Shown here in pieces: positions 23,101 to 35,800 of a stretch of DNA of 64,000 nucleotides. The DNA comes from Klebsormidium nitens. Its lineage: Eukaryota > Plantae > Klebsormidiophyceae. A program made the translations under genes and the position numbers. Position 1 is the stretch's first letter, and every line of letters begins with the position of its first letter. The DNA lies in NCBI GenBank assembly GCA_000708835.1, contig DF236963.1, forward strand, positions 124,001 to 188,000, written 5' to 3'. The notes beneath the pieces were generated by a model, which saw nothing but the letters and a program-made list of their open reading frames with translations, ran no database searches and was not told where the DNA came from.

Positions 23101-24096
23101 GTAACTTACCTATTCTGCACCCGGTTGACAGTCAGTGTTACTTCTTTCGGCACTTGCCTCAAAAAGGCCATCTTAGTGCGACTTGGATTGGCAGTACGCT
23201 AAGGAGGATGCTGATTAGTAGCTCGTAGTTTCCTGTTGTTTCGCTAGACACACTTCTAAGCCTTTGAGCGGTTGCACCGCTGTGATCTGTCTGCAAGCAA
23301 CTTCTGGGGCGCGTCTGAGGACTGAAGTGTGAGGTGAGTGAATTTCATTCGAAGTCTGAGGAGTGGCAATTCACCTGTTGAAGGGGACCATTTCTGCGGG
23401 GATCTGGGTTCTGTTTGCTTGCGTTCCGGAAATCTTTTGGGCCATTCTCATGAAGCGTCTCCGTCTTGCCTCAAGCAAGATCTGGCCAAATCAATATAGT
23501 CATGTCGTTGCAACTGGTGGGATCTCATGCACTTTAAGAAACCGCAGGAGATTGAGGTTCTCGTTTGTTTCTGGTTGCAAGCTTTGCACGTTCGTAGCGA
23601 TTTTCGAACCCCGCTTTCATTTGTATTGCACGTTGCGTCAAATCAGATACGATCCTGTCCAGCCCAGTGCATCATCGACGGTAGGGTCAAGTACTCCTCC
23701 GAAGTGGAACCCACCGTGAGTTAATGTAGCTAGCGTAGGGCAACTTATTACCGCCGGTATCAGTGTTTGCCGCAAACCCCATCCGGTTAAAAGCAAACAC
23801 TTTCCCCTGTAAACCGGGCACTCCGCTTTGTTTCCGCAGCTCTGGCGGGCTTGGAGCGTGAGGAGCTGATCAAGGCCGTCAATTCGGACAACTTCCGGTG
23901 GAAGCTTTTGGAAGACGCCCCGTACCAGGGGCCCAAACAGGTCCCGGAGTTGGAAACGCTAGCGCCCGACCAACGGCAGCACTTGTTCCAAACCCTAGCG
24001 CGGGCCGTCAAGTCTCGGCGAGAGGCGTTCATCGACGAGCACACACACGGCTTCTCGGACTTGCCGAGGGATATGCAGGCCGAAGAGGCGTGCTAG
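11122..24096 (+). CDS. Plant-type BAR-domain protein of the At2g33490/At5g41100/At3g26910 family with a long Pro/Ser-rich tail; apparent 1-nt frameshift near 20990
   Basis: Exons 11122..11223, 13209..13281, 13788..13880, 14337..14398, 14963..15060, 15663..15879, 16280..16498, 17746..17892, 18908..19217, 20037..20278, 20740..21309, 21873..22038, 22734..22939, 23840..24096 (last exon less certain). All phases match except across exon 11. Family-like motifs: QYDELLRVA, LGRIQGEISKLLDQY, HLHQTVILP...EEKR, QDEYDD...ILIQQAARLHAAQ|MTLFTRALQNVHAIEPYIKDLCVQRNVD, SPPRN...LYQLPAPP, PPLSPI. Confidence 0.8.
17060..17800 (+). repeat. Degenerate tandem array (about 9 copies of 50-90 bp) of the acceptor and 5' end of BAR exon 8
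   Basis: Recurrent (t/c)tcag-att..gacctgccc..ga(a/g)actgccgccgagtggtcgacgctgctgcacagcc at about 17060, 17125, 17221, 17301, 17381, 17435, 17521, 17603 and 17671; functional copy at 17741. Confidence 0.9.
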
Positions 24097-25854
24097 TCTA
24101 AGATACGTAGGCTAGGAGGATCACGCGAGGCTCGGAGAATGACATACTCGGGAAGTAGCAGCCCGTAATAAGCCGGTGTATTGAGTCCATACGTCCTTGC
24201 TGTCCGTAATTTGTAGTCAGTGCAGGCGCAGAAGGTGACGAAGAGGTCCGGTCTGCAATCAGCTGCTTTCGTGGCGTGCGACAGCCGCCAAGGAGTCTGA
24301 TTGCGGCGGCCGATGGCTGTCTTGCCCTCTTCGAAAGTGCAGACGTCTAGGTGGCCATCGTGCCGCTACTAGACATACTAATTTGTAGATTTGTGAGCGC
24401 TCATTAAGTGTGTCAAACTTTGCTCTTTCTTGTCGCTCAGCTGCTGAAGACAAGGTTGAGTCGCGACCTGGTTGCTTAGTGCCGGGAGTTGGATACAGAT
24501 GTCCTCTAACTAGGGAAACCCGCTGAGTTACTTGTCAACAAAGTTCGTCACCGGGTTGCAACGCTTCTATAGCTACTTGGTATCCTGACATGCTTGAATT
24601 GGATATGGGTGACGGCCGGGCTGCTGCATGGCAATGTCATGGCACCGTTGCATGGTGCGCTTATGATATGTGCATCCATGTGCTGTCTACTGGTATATGC
24701 ACAATCTTGTAGTGACGACAATGGTTAGGCGGTTTCAATCTGCACGTATATGGGGATATAGTTGCTGTATGAGTACTTCACGCGGCCTGCAGCAGTATAC
24801 GCCGCGCTCAGGGGGCCTATGAGCGCCAATCATTCGCGCCACATACACTGCAACCGTCATGGACTAGTAGCTAGTGCAGCTATAGATTATATGTTGTATC
24901 TGACTGGTTAGCCTGGCCGGGCGGCCGGTGCATATAGCGCGGCCTTCGCATGCCCGGGGCCGGAAGCAAGATATCAATCATGCATATAGGCGATGTGCAT
25001 AGCTCTAGGATTGATCGATCATGTACAGTTGCCGCGTTTTCAGCTACCACCCAAAACTTCTAAATAACAAGTTGCACAGCTAAATTTTGTATACTCTCGA
25101 TTGCATGGTAGCAGTATATCTGGTTACGTTGCAAAATCTGCTCGATCATATCTTGCGTGCATTGACAGGCCGGGCGCCATGCTGCAGAGCCTGATGGTCA
25201 TGTTTGCAGTGTTCAGAGATAATTATAGTTGTCGGATATGATCGCTGCAGCCATGGTACTTGCAAAGCTGGCGCAGAGATCCTCAAATTTGATCGTACAC
25301 TGAGGTTGAATTCCGGATAAATCAAGTGACTCCCGCCGGCATATATATCAGATGCAAGATAAGTATACAAACAATATCATTGCTATTTCTTACTGACCGT
25401 GGCCACGGCTGCCGTATATATGTGCTTGAGCTTACGTATGTGGCCGTTCACTGCAGCTCAGGTTCTGACTGCGGCATGCCCAGACTCACCTCAAATGAGG
25501 ATTATACACAGACTGGCGCCGTGCATCTAAAGCACTGAACCAGATCTATCTTATAGGGTTCAATGTTATAATGTTCCTAATATACTTAGAGCCTCCCAGA
25601 ATCAAGCTTCTACATTAGCAAAGCAATGCAATCAATATATTCACAGCAGTCAATGCATGCCAGTGAGCTTCGACTTCAAAGACAGCTTTAGGCTTTCAGC
25701 CTTACAACATCTTCGAGTTCGGCTAGATCTACCTCCATATTCAAGTCGATGTTTACTGCATCCCAAGTTTGACGATCCGTTCTTCTGCGCGGAACCCTAC
25801 TGCCCCCCGTATTTGACGACCAGAATCTTGTAAAGCTAATCTCATAGGACAAGC

Positions 25855-28446
25855 TCAGCTATTGATCACAGCAAGAGCCTCCGTCACGTGCTTTGCGAAG
25901 TTGAGCTGGCTGTTGAAGACAAGCTTAATCTTTCCGTCCTTGTCGATGACATACGTTTGCCGACCTGGAAGGATAACAGATTGATCAGCGCGTCTGCAAC
26001 TATGGGGGTCACAAACAGGGCGTCTTGTTCAGTAGAGGAATGTTTGTCGCAGGCCACTGGTTTCCTAAGGATTTCTTAGCCCACAAGTCTTCTCATCGAA
26101 CTCCGAAGGGGGTCGGAAAGACAAGGGACCTCTCGGTGACTTACCCTTTTAGGCAACGAAACCATCATACGAACACCATTCTCAGCAACAAGTCTCTGAC
26201 CTCGACCAGCTGCAATGATATATTGCCGCAAAGCTTACGGAAACAAAACAGTCTACGCTCAAACCTGCTAACACTCAACGACTTCGGAAGTGAATGGTTG
26301 GATTAGCATTCAGAAACCAAGAACTCGTCGACTTTGGCTGCACCAGAGCTCCGGAAAGACATGGTTGATTCGTTTTTTCTGAATAAGAAAGAAGAATCAT
26401 GGACCATTTCTACAGAGGAGGCCTTTCTAACAGCGGGCGAGAGTATTGGGTCGTATTCGGATGCTCGACCACTGTCGGAGAGGTGGACCTGTATTATGGG
26501 TCGCCTGCTATCGCCAGTGCAAACGAATTTCTCTACAGGCTTGACTGTCTGGACAAGAAGGCGCACCTGCCAGCGCTCCAAACAAATCGCTCGGGATGCC
26601 CCACTCCTTGCGGGTCTTGTTACCCTCGTCGCTGAGCAGGGTAAAGGGCAGGTTGTACTTGGCCTTGAACGCCTGCAAGGCAAACAAGGCCTCTTGTACC
26701 GATTCTATGCTATCCTCCACTCCTGAGGTGCTACTGAAGGATGAGAATCCGTTTCGGCTTCGTGCTCATCCTCGTCCGCCAGCTTGTGCAGTAGATACTG
26801 GAACAGGCAGACTCTGTGCAGGTATGAAAAAGGAACAGGAATCAAAGAGTGAAGCGAATGACACGGGGTGGCAGAGAGACATCGGTCAGTCAAGCACGGA
26901 TCGCGTTCCTGTGAGGACGTCACAGAGCTGAAAAGGTAAAAAACCCCATTTTGTTGATGTATCTCCGCACCGTGTGAGATTCTGGAGAGTCGCCACTGAC
27001 ACCGACGACCTCAGCCCCTGCTTTCAAGAAAGTATCATAGGAGTCCCGGAAGGCGCACGCCTGCAAGAAAAGCAACCCAGGTTGAGTTACTGCACAATGG
27101 AGTGACTCCTACAACAGATACTTGTAGACTGTCCACGGTCCTAATGGGACACGAACAACAGCCAGATTGCCCTTTCCCAAAATTGCACGTTGTTGGGATC
27201 TACGAGTGAGGTGTGACTACCGATTTGAACGCCTTGTCTTTGACTACACTGACTTTACAACGCCTCGTCCGGACTTTCATCCAATCAAATCTCACTCAAA
27301 CAGCTCCCCTTCTTTTCAACTAAATAGCAGACTGACCACTTCATGAGAGGCTCTGTAAAGTCTTCGTAGCAATCTACACTTGCTTAGCTCAAAAGTCAAA
27401 AGTGAATTCAATACTCACAAGTAGATGGGAAAGCAGCTGCGCTAAGCAGTTGTGAACTCAGAAACTAACCAATGAAGGTCCAGAAATGATACATGGGGCC
27501 TACCTCCTTTGTGCATCCAGGGGTGTCGTCTGCTGGGTAAAAGTATAGGACAACACTCTTTCCCCTCAGATCACCCAGACTGAAGTCCCTGTGAATATAA
27601 CAGAGGGGTCACTCATAGGTTGCACAGCAGACCCTAGAGCCTGTTTCACGTAGATCCTGACATGTTTTGATGGAAAGGATGGTTGCTCATACGTGCATTC
27701 TGCAGCATCAGAGGGCAGACTTCTACAAATATATAGCGCCTATGATAGAGGGTGAGCCATGATGCAACTTACTTTCCATCCTGATCTTTCAGGATGAGCG
27801 GGGGGACGGTGTCACCAACAGAGAGCTGCACAAAAGAAGCCAGGTTTCAAGCGCCAATTTAGCAAGCTGATCCTTGCTACATTGACAAGAAAGAAGAGAG
27901 GAGCCACACATCATCGCAGAGGACACATAATCGAGTGTTTTGTGGACTACAGTAGAGCACTCAAACCAGTCAATGTGAGAGAGTTCTGAAGAGAAACCTG
28001 CCACATAACACCTCATGCCACGAACACTACTGATGTAAATGTCCATCACAACCAAAAATCAGTAGTATCAAGGTCCTGAACGGAGAAGAGCCTTCATTCC
28101 CCCTGTTAGTCTCCAAGTAAGATAATAATCTGCTTACTTTGGCAGATGTTTCCTTCCTGCTCCCCAGTTTCTTCAAGAACGACATTTTTCTATACTGTGA
28201 CAATTGCTCAAAGCTCCCTCCTCCCAAGACTGTGGTGCTACTAAGCCCTGTCAAAGAAAGTGGTGCAACGAAAGACGTCTTGAAACTCTCTTGCCTCAAG
28301 TGAACTCTTCCTTTCACTGTGGAAAATGCACACAGAGGGGCAGATAAAGAGAGTACTGGAGAAACTTTGGTGGCGGGAGCAGCGGAGGCAGCAATGCTGT
28401 GCCTCAGAAGGCGGAACGAAGCTGCAATAGGAGTCGCAGTCGTCAT
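25855..28446 (-). CDS. PRXQ: Peroxiredoxin Q (BCP-type), likely plastid-targeted, paralog 1
   Basis: Exons 28446..28138, 27825..27773, 27588..27504, 27060..26971, 26672..26567, 25964..25855. Ser/Ala-rich N-terminus, then [17 protein letters not shown]|ACAFRDSY...[24 protein letters not shown]|[20 protein letters not shown]. CxxxxC active site present. Confidence 0.93.
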
Positions 28447-29825
28447 CTTGGCAGAAATCGAAGCTAGCAAGATCTGCCGCAGCAAGTGTCCAGCGTGGAC
28501 GCCACATGTGCATAAAAAGTCTAGCTGTACATGCATAGCCTCTAGCCTATATAGCCTATTTAAAATGGGCGTTTTCACAGCCGGGTGTGATCATGACCTA
28601 CTCGCTTATGCCACTGCTTATGGGACTCAATGCAGTTGAAATTTCAACAGTTTGTACCAAAGAGTTGAAAAGATACTGGCAGAGTGCGCCTGAAAATCGC
28701 CCGTCAATGGCAAATTGTGACCAGTATTCTTATGCTCGTATAGTACCATTTAAGCATAGTTGGTCCTCGAATGTTGGGCTCGCATGTTGGTTTAGGCTTG
28801 TGGTTAAGGTTAGAAGGTTACGTCTAAACCCGTTTCACGGTGTCTGGGCCTCAACTTTCAAGGTCTGCCATGCTTGCTCGGTCTTCTGCAGACTCCAGCT
28901 GCTCTGTCAGTGTAGGGGGCACGCGGAAAGTGTCTTCAGCAAGAGCGCCTTGGATGTTTGCTTCAAAGGCTCTTCAGAATTGCCTTCAGCAGCTGAGAGC
29001 AATCACCATCACGACGAGCACTGCTCTGTACCTTCTGCATCCAGTGAGCAAATAGATTGCTTTGTTGAAGATTCATCGTGACTGACACCCATCTCTGCTG
29101 GTATCTCAAGGGTGTCATTGAGTTCGTTTGTCTCAGCCACTTTCCATTGTGAGGCACGTGAGGTTTATAAAAAACCGTTTTATTTTAGAGTTATAAAAAA
29201 TGGGGTGAAGATTCGTAGGCAGTCAAGTAGTCGTTCAAAGGCCGCTCAAGCCTTTGAAGTTGCCCCTTTGAAGTCGTTGTGGGTGAAGTGCACAATCAGT
29301 AATCACTCAGCGGCTGAATTTTCAGCCGGTCAAGTTTCGTTGGCCCCTCTCATCAGTTTGATTGTTGGGTGGACTCTCACCTACCCTCCTTCTTCCTGCA
29401 GATCCTCGCCCATAGTTCAATTTCATTTGGGAAGGTCTCAAGGACTTTGCTTCATATCTTCCATATACCGCCACATCGCGAAGCAGAAGCAAGGGGGGGG
29501 TGACAGTACGGTCAGGGTTAGGAGCGCCCTTATTTATCCCCGTTGTTGCTCTTGGCCAATCAACGGCCCCTATGATCGGGTTCGGGACAGGGCAGGCTCA
29601 ATTTGCACTGAATCCTACAGAAGGCTTGTTGCAGTTGGTGGTGTAGTCGTCATTCCGCACAGCTTACTGAATGTACCTTCCATTGGCACTGAACAAACCG
29701 AGGGACCCGAAAGACGAGACCTGTTCACTCTGACCGGGAAGAATCTTCCCGCTGCTAGTTTGCTGATGGTGAGCACACGAGTGGCCAAGTGCCCGTGCGC
29801 GACGTGATTGGTTTTGGCGAGTCTG

Positions 29826-32800
29826 ATGGCGTCCAATCAGCAGCAGGGGACCCAGGCGGGGGTGCGCACGCACTTTAAAACGCCGGAGGGGCGGTTTAAG
29901 GTTGGCAGGGAGAAGTCGCACCCCAGCGGGGTGATGCACCACTCTCACAACAGGACTCCCACAAAGGTGAGGAGGGAAATCAACATTCAAGCGGGGCTGA
30001 GAAAAGCTCCGCTCTCTGTTTGAAGACGAGAGCTTCGTCAAGAGACTGGCGGTCACTTCTCTGATAGCTGTCCCAAGTGGTCAAGCAATAAAGCCATGTT
30101 TGAGCATTGTTTGAAACGGTCCTTGGTCAGAGGCGTTGTTCGGCTAATTGCGGATTGTTTGCGGCACCTTATGGTCATTTGACAACGTTAATTTCTTGAC
30201 TGCATGAAGAGGTTCTCTGTCACCTCATTGGCTGTACATTTTACGTACCGCTTCACCTCGTAAATAGGAGATTCCCTGTCTCAAACTATCAACTTCTGGT
30301 TTTGATCTTTGATTCTTTGTTCCGTTAGCAGCCCTGCATGTTGTTTCCTGTTTTGGATTTCTCATTTGCAATTCACCTGTCTGGACTTCCGTTGGTTTTG
30401 CTGAAGGGTTTTCCTTTTGTTCCACGCTTCTACTGGTTTGTACAAGATTCTCCCAACGATATGGGAGAATGCGATGCATGAGTCCGTTTGAGCAACTTGA
30501 GTAACCTTGAAGTCAATCTGCATCAAGTTCTGCGTTGTCCCAATGTTGGTTTGTCGTCATGCCTTGTTTTTGACTCCGATTGACGAGAGAACTCCATGCA
30601 AAGAGCCTTGCTCACAGCTACCTTCCCCAGGCCTCTTCAACCTTGCTCGAACGGCAACGTAATCTCACCCTTGACTTGGATACCCACCCAATTCCAACTC
30701 AACGATCGAGTGGTCCCTCAATTCTTCATTGCAAGCAGGCCTAAATTGATTGTTGTTAGATTCGACTGGTAAGACCTTGTTGTTCTTAGGCAATCGAAAC
30801 CTGCTCAAGGCTTTCTTTGGAGATTCTCGCTCCATAGCCGCATCCTCTCCACAGCACTTGCCCTTAGCAAAACTGCTCTGACTTTGTAACGGATCAAAAG
30901 CTAAGCGATTTCAACAGAGGGTATATGACAGGGAACGACCTCCGTCAGAATCTGGTTAAGGTTTCCCAGCTTAAGGTTTCCCAGGTTAAAAGTTTTCCAG
31001 GACTGACCGTTCGAGTGCGGCTGTGATGAAACAAAGGCCGAACTGCCTGCTGCCCCAGGCTGAGAATGCCTGATGAGGTGGCGGTCTGATGACTCCCGTA
31101 GGAAGGTCTGAGCCGTCACCAATCCAATTCCGCGATTTCCGGGATTTTGAGTTTCTGCTACGACACTGAGCACCATCTCAAACCCTTCGTTTAGATGATG
31201 CTGGACGGCGCACTCATTTTGAAGATGCAAATGCCCGCTGCAGATGACGAGGGTTTGCGCAAGTTGCAGATATGGTCTTCGACTTGCTCCGATGACCCCT
31301 TCTATAACGCACTCGATCATGATGAACCCCTTCTAGTCAACGCGCTTATGACGAACCCGCTTTTGACGGACTCAATCGTTTGGGACCCTTCAAAGCAACT
31401 TGGTGGTGTGCTAGTAACGTGGTATTTGGAAATGACTTGCGTAGGCATGCCGCGATGACCCCTTCTAACCATTCTGGTCATGCGCAGATAACCTACGTAA
31501 TCCTGAAGGAGCAGCCCCGCACCCCCGCCGGCACTCCCAACCCCTCCAAGTCGTCCACTGTCTCGCGCTTCCTCGGAAGCAACGGCACGAAGCAAAGCAA
31601 CGGGCGTTTCGGCCACAGCCGCACATCCAGCTCCGGGGGGGAGAAAACGCCCCGGCGGGGAGCCCCCGAGATCCTAGACGTTGCGCTTCCGGATGAAGGG
31701 GGGGAGAAGACGTACGTGGTCTACAACATCGCAGACGGCGTCTTTGTGGCGGACTATAAGTCGCTGGAGAAGGAGCCGGTGAAGGGGATCTTTTTCAACA
31801 ACGCGCCGCCGCTGTGCCATGCGTTTCGGGAGGGGGGGACGGGGCACGATCTGCTTATCGGGCTGGCGTCAGGAGACGGTGAGCTTCTGAATCGCTCCTT
31901 TTTCTCAGCCCTTTGTTCGACGTACCGCAGGAACTCGATCTCTTAAGCTTCCAAAGAGCGTATGATGCGTCTTTTCCAAGGCTAGACTGTGGAGGCTCTG
32001 TTACACTGGCATGCTTTGGTCAAGGTTCCAAATGTAACACGAAACCATGCAGAGCTTACACTCTGCTTGAACTAAACACGATTTGAACTTGAAATAACAC
32101 GTGAATAGGACGGCTGGGGTTACTACGGGGTTCAGGGCGGGTGAGGTGCCAAGCAGTACCAGTTCTTTTGTTTCGGTGTGCGTTACAGGATACTTTTCTG
32201 GATCGTTGTACCATAAGATTCGCGAATTCTTGCACTTCAGTGCACACTCGAGTCAGAGCCACGACTGTTCCCGATAGAAACCTTTACCTTTGATGTTCCA
32301 GTCTACGCATGCTCTCTGCGCGCGCAAGTCGCCGACTCGGGGCGCAAGCTGACGGGGTCGTCGCACTTCAACAAGGAGGGTGCCGTCAGCAGCACGCGCT
32401 GTTACGGCGTGGCATGGGTGCCGGGGCGGGACGACCACTTCGTCTCCGCGCACGCAGACGGGAACATCTTTCTTTACGATAAGGTGGGTGCATGTATCTT
32501 TTGAGTCGATGGTCGACAAGTGGACGTCGATCAAATCTGTGCTTCATCCAGCAGGATTTTATTGACATAGGCATCCGAGAACCGGTAGGCTTAGTTAAAG
32601 GGCAGGGTCTGGTAGACGAAGCGAAGCCGTATATTTTTTATGTTAGGGTTTCCAGTTAAGGTGCCCCGGCGTTGGAATCCTAGTACAAGCTGAATTTGAG
32701 AGCTCGAGGTACCAATCTCGTCATGTTCCAAAAATGCAGCGGCCTAGACATCCAACCACCTTACACATGTCATCAGCTCAGCTTTTCTGGTCTTATTCCA

Positions 32801-35800
32801 AGCACTTATTTGTTGTCCCAACTTCGTTATCACGGACCCTCTTTACCTTAATCTGCAAGGAGCGAATGCTTGTCTTAGCTTTTGAAGAGCTACACGATCT
32901 TGAGACTCTTGTGGCGATTGAGATCCGGGATTTTGTCCATAACAGCGACAGCAACCTCGTATTGTTCAAGGTTCAGCACGCGTCTGCCATCGAAGAGAGT
33001 TACACGAATCGTCTTCAGGGGTCGTTTTTTGCAGCCCCAAACATTGATCAAAGCCACCGTCGAGCGCGAAGAGCGAGTTGTTTTTCTGGCGGCACGGAGC
33101 AAACGTTTCCGGTGGCCGTCCGATCCACACATCACTGGCTGTGTTTTGCTACGGTGCAGAATAAAGAAGGGAGTTCTGACGTCACCTTCCCTCCGATCCG
33201 GGACACCGCGGCCTTCTCCGTGGCCCACGCACGCTCCAGCAAAGTGAGCGCTTCCGCAGACTGTTACGATGAGTATGTTTTGAAAGGCGAAACAAGTTCG
33301 ATCCCCCTATGATCATCTTTTTAACTTCTCTTTTCAACTTCTAGGTTAGGGTTGTAGTGCCGCCGTTGTGTCAATCCTTTCCAAGACGGAGTAGATGAGG
33401 GCTAGCTCCCGTTCTCAGTAGAGCCGGTCAACGATCAAAGCCTCGGTAACTGTGCAATATGGAGCACTCTGGCTCCGGATCCTTTATGCAGCGACAACAT
33501 GTTGTTTTCGACGGGCTGTTCGATGCGTGACAGAAAGGCGAGGATGTCGTATATCATTGCGACTCGTAGCTTTTGCACCTGATGCATTGCCGACTGGCGC
33601 CGGAGCATGTTGTCCTTGCATCTACTGGGCCCGAGTGAGTCCAAGCGTTTTCATAATCCTGGAAGGATCGCAGTTGTCCGCACGTCCTGTGCTCTGAACT
33701 CAATCATCAAGATCTGAAGCAAACGGCAACGGGAAAGAACTAACAGAGGCCGGTTCTTTTGTGCAGAGCAACCCGATCGCGCGGTGGCACATCTCTGGCA
33801 GCGCCATCAATGACGTGGCCTTCTCCCCGGACGGCAACTACCTGGCGACCGTGGGCAGGGACGGTGAGCGCAGCGCTGACGTCAGCTTTTTGAGGATACG
33901 TGTTGCTGTTGACTACGTCATCTTGGGGAGGGGCCAGTAGCTGGCTCTATCTTTCTGATGTGTAGAGAACGACGAAACCCGCATGACCTGGCAGCATCAG
34001 TATGGAGGTTCTTGTTTTTGTTTTGCGTCGGCTGTGAGTTTTTTGAGGTCACAGTGTGGCCCCATGGGCTGTCCAGCCTCCCTTCTTGAGAACCGTTTTC
34101 GTGAAGAGACGTATTGACGAGCTGACGGGCCTTTTTACTACTGAGCTCCTTCGATGGCGTTACCCGACAGCAGGACGGTCAAGGCGCCCCGGCGCTCAGT
34201 GCCCTGCCTTTCCCGATACCTGGCAGCCTTTCGGATGAGCGCGACTCTCAAGATGACCTCGCTTGAGAAGTGTGCAGACCCATTACATGCCCGTCATTTC
34301 CTGTGTTTACGAGTTGATGCGAACCCTTGTGCTTCAGGCTGCCTGCGCATCTTCGACTGGCAGCGGGAGGCTTTGCTGTGCGGGTGTAAGAGTTACTACG
34401 GGTCGCTGCTCTGCTGTGCCTGGAGGTGAGTGGTCGAGAGACAAACCCTGACTGAGTCCAGGGTGAATGCTATGGATGATCTAGTTAGGCGATTGTCCAG
34501 ATTCCGCAGCGAGGCTACTCACATCCACTTCAACCCAAAGGACGACGCAAGGAAGCGGAATGGGTCTTATGAATCAGAACAGTTATCCTATGGACTCGTT
34601 GATCCAAACAGATTGTGGTTAGTCACCTTTGTTTGTTTTGGTGTATTGGAATCCCCGTCTGTCTGTGTGGGACTAGTCTGTTTGTGTGGGACTACGCCAT
34701 ACGGTTATTGGAGGTGCTTCGGAAGAAGATTGCATGGACACTTGGGCCGACCTTGCTGAAGCTTTAGTAAAGATTACGACGATGTTTTAAGCGAACATTG
34801 ACAACAAAACATGGAGGATTAGTGCTCTACACCCTACCCACCCAAAACTTCGAAACCGATTGTACTTGGCCCAACGCAGTACCCTCACTCTGGTATAAAT
34901 TACCTGAGCCCCCGTCTCATTGTCCCTGAAATCAACGACATTGCTCCTTCTCTTCTCTTCAGCGGTGACAGCAAGTATGTGTTGACCGGAGGAGAGGACG
35001 ACTTGGTTTCTCTTTTCAGCCTGGAACAGCAAGCGGTCGTTGCCTGGGGAGAAGGCCACACGTCGTATGTGAGGACCGCCGCTCTTGTCTCTCCTCTGCC
35101 CGTGACCTGCGTCTCGTCCATGCACTCCTAGCTTTGCCGAGTTACAGAATATGCTCGAGAGAGGAAAGGTGAGAGTAATATGACTACAAGCGGTGTTTCA
35201 CGACAAAGTCACCCTCGTTTCAAGAGCAAAGGGTTGCCCGGCAGTATCCAAAGATTTCTGATTGAGACTCAAAAGGCATCTGTTCTGCGAGGGCATCGTC
35301 TCTCATACGAGCCACCCGTTATAAGCCTTCTTCATTTTGAGGTTGCTGGCTTATCGTCTCCCAATACGCAAAGGGCAGCGCAACCTGAGTTTGGGACAGG
35401 CGGTGCTCGTCAATAACAGAAAAGGTCTCCTTGTCTGGGTTCAGCTGACGTGTACATTGACGTGTCATTGTTGCCACGTGTGCAGGTGAGCGGGGTGGCG
35501 TTCGACTCCCATTGGTCGCAGCCCCCGTCAGAGGAGGGCCACGAAGCCGTGACCTACCGGTTTGGGTCGGTTGGGCAGGTTAGCATTGACCCAATCTCAT
35601 GGTCAAGTGTCCACGAAAGGGAAATCGTCACATATACAGTCTGTGACTTACCGATTTTGGTCGGTTGGGTGGATTAGCTCTAACCTCGTTCCCTATACAA
35701 TATTGTCACTCTGTGGAGCACTTCTTGTGCTGCTGGGACACTCATCCGCAATGGTCTTTGGACTCGCTTCTGGATTCTCGGTTGGAAATGGTTCGCAATC

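Noticed and set aside
26303-26500. ORF 26303..26683 as the PrxQ-1 C-terminus
   Set aside because: No PrxQ similarity; the true terminal exon GRQTYVIDK is at 25964..25855.
32734-33312. 192-aa plus-strand ORF
   Set aside because: Only 33160..33243 is a WD40 exon; the rest is intron read-through with no recognisable domain.
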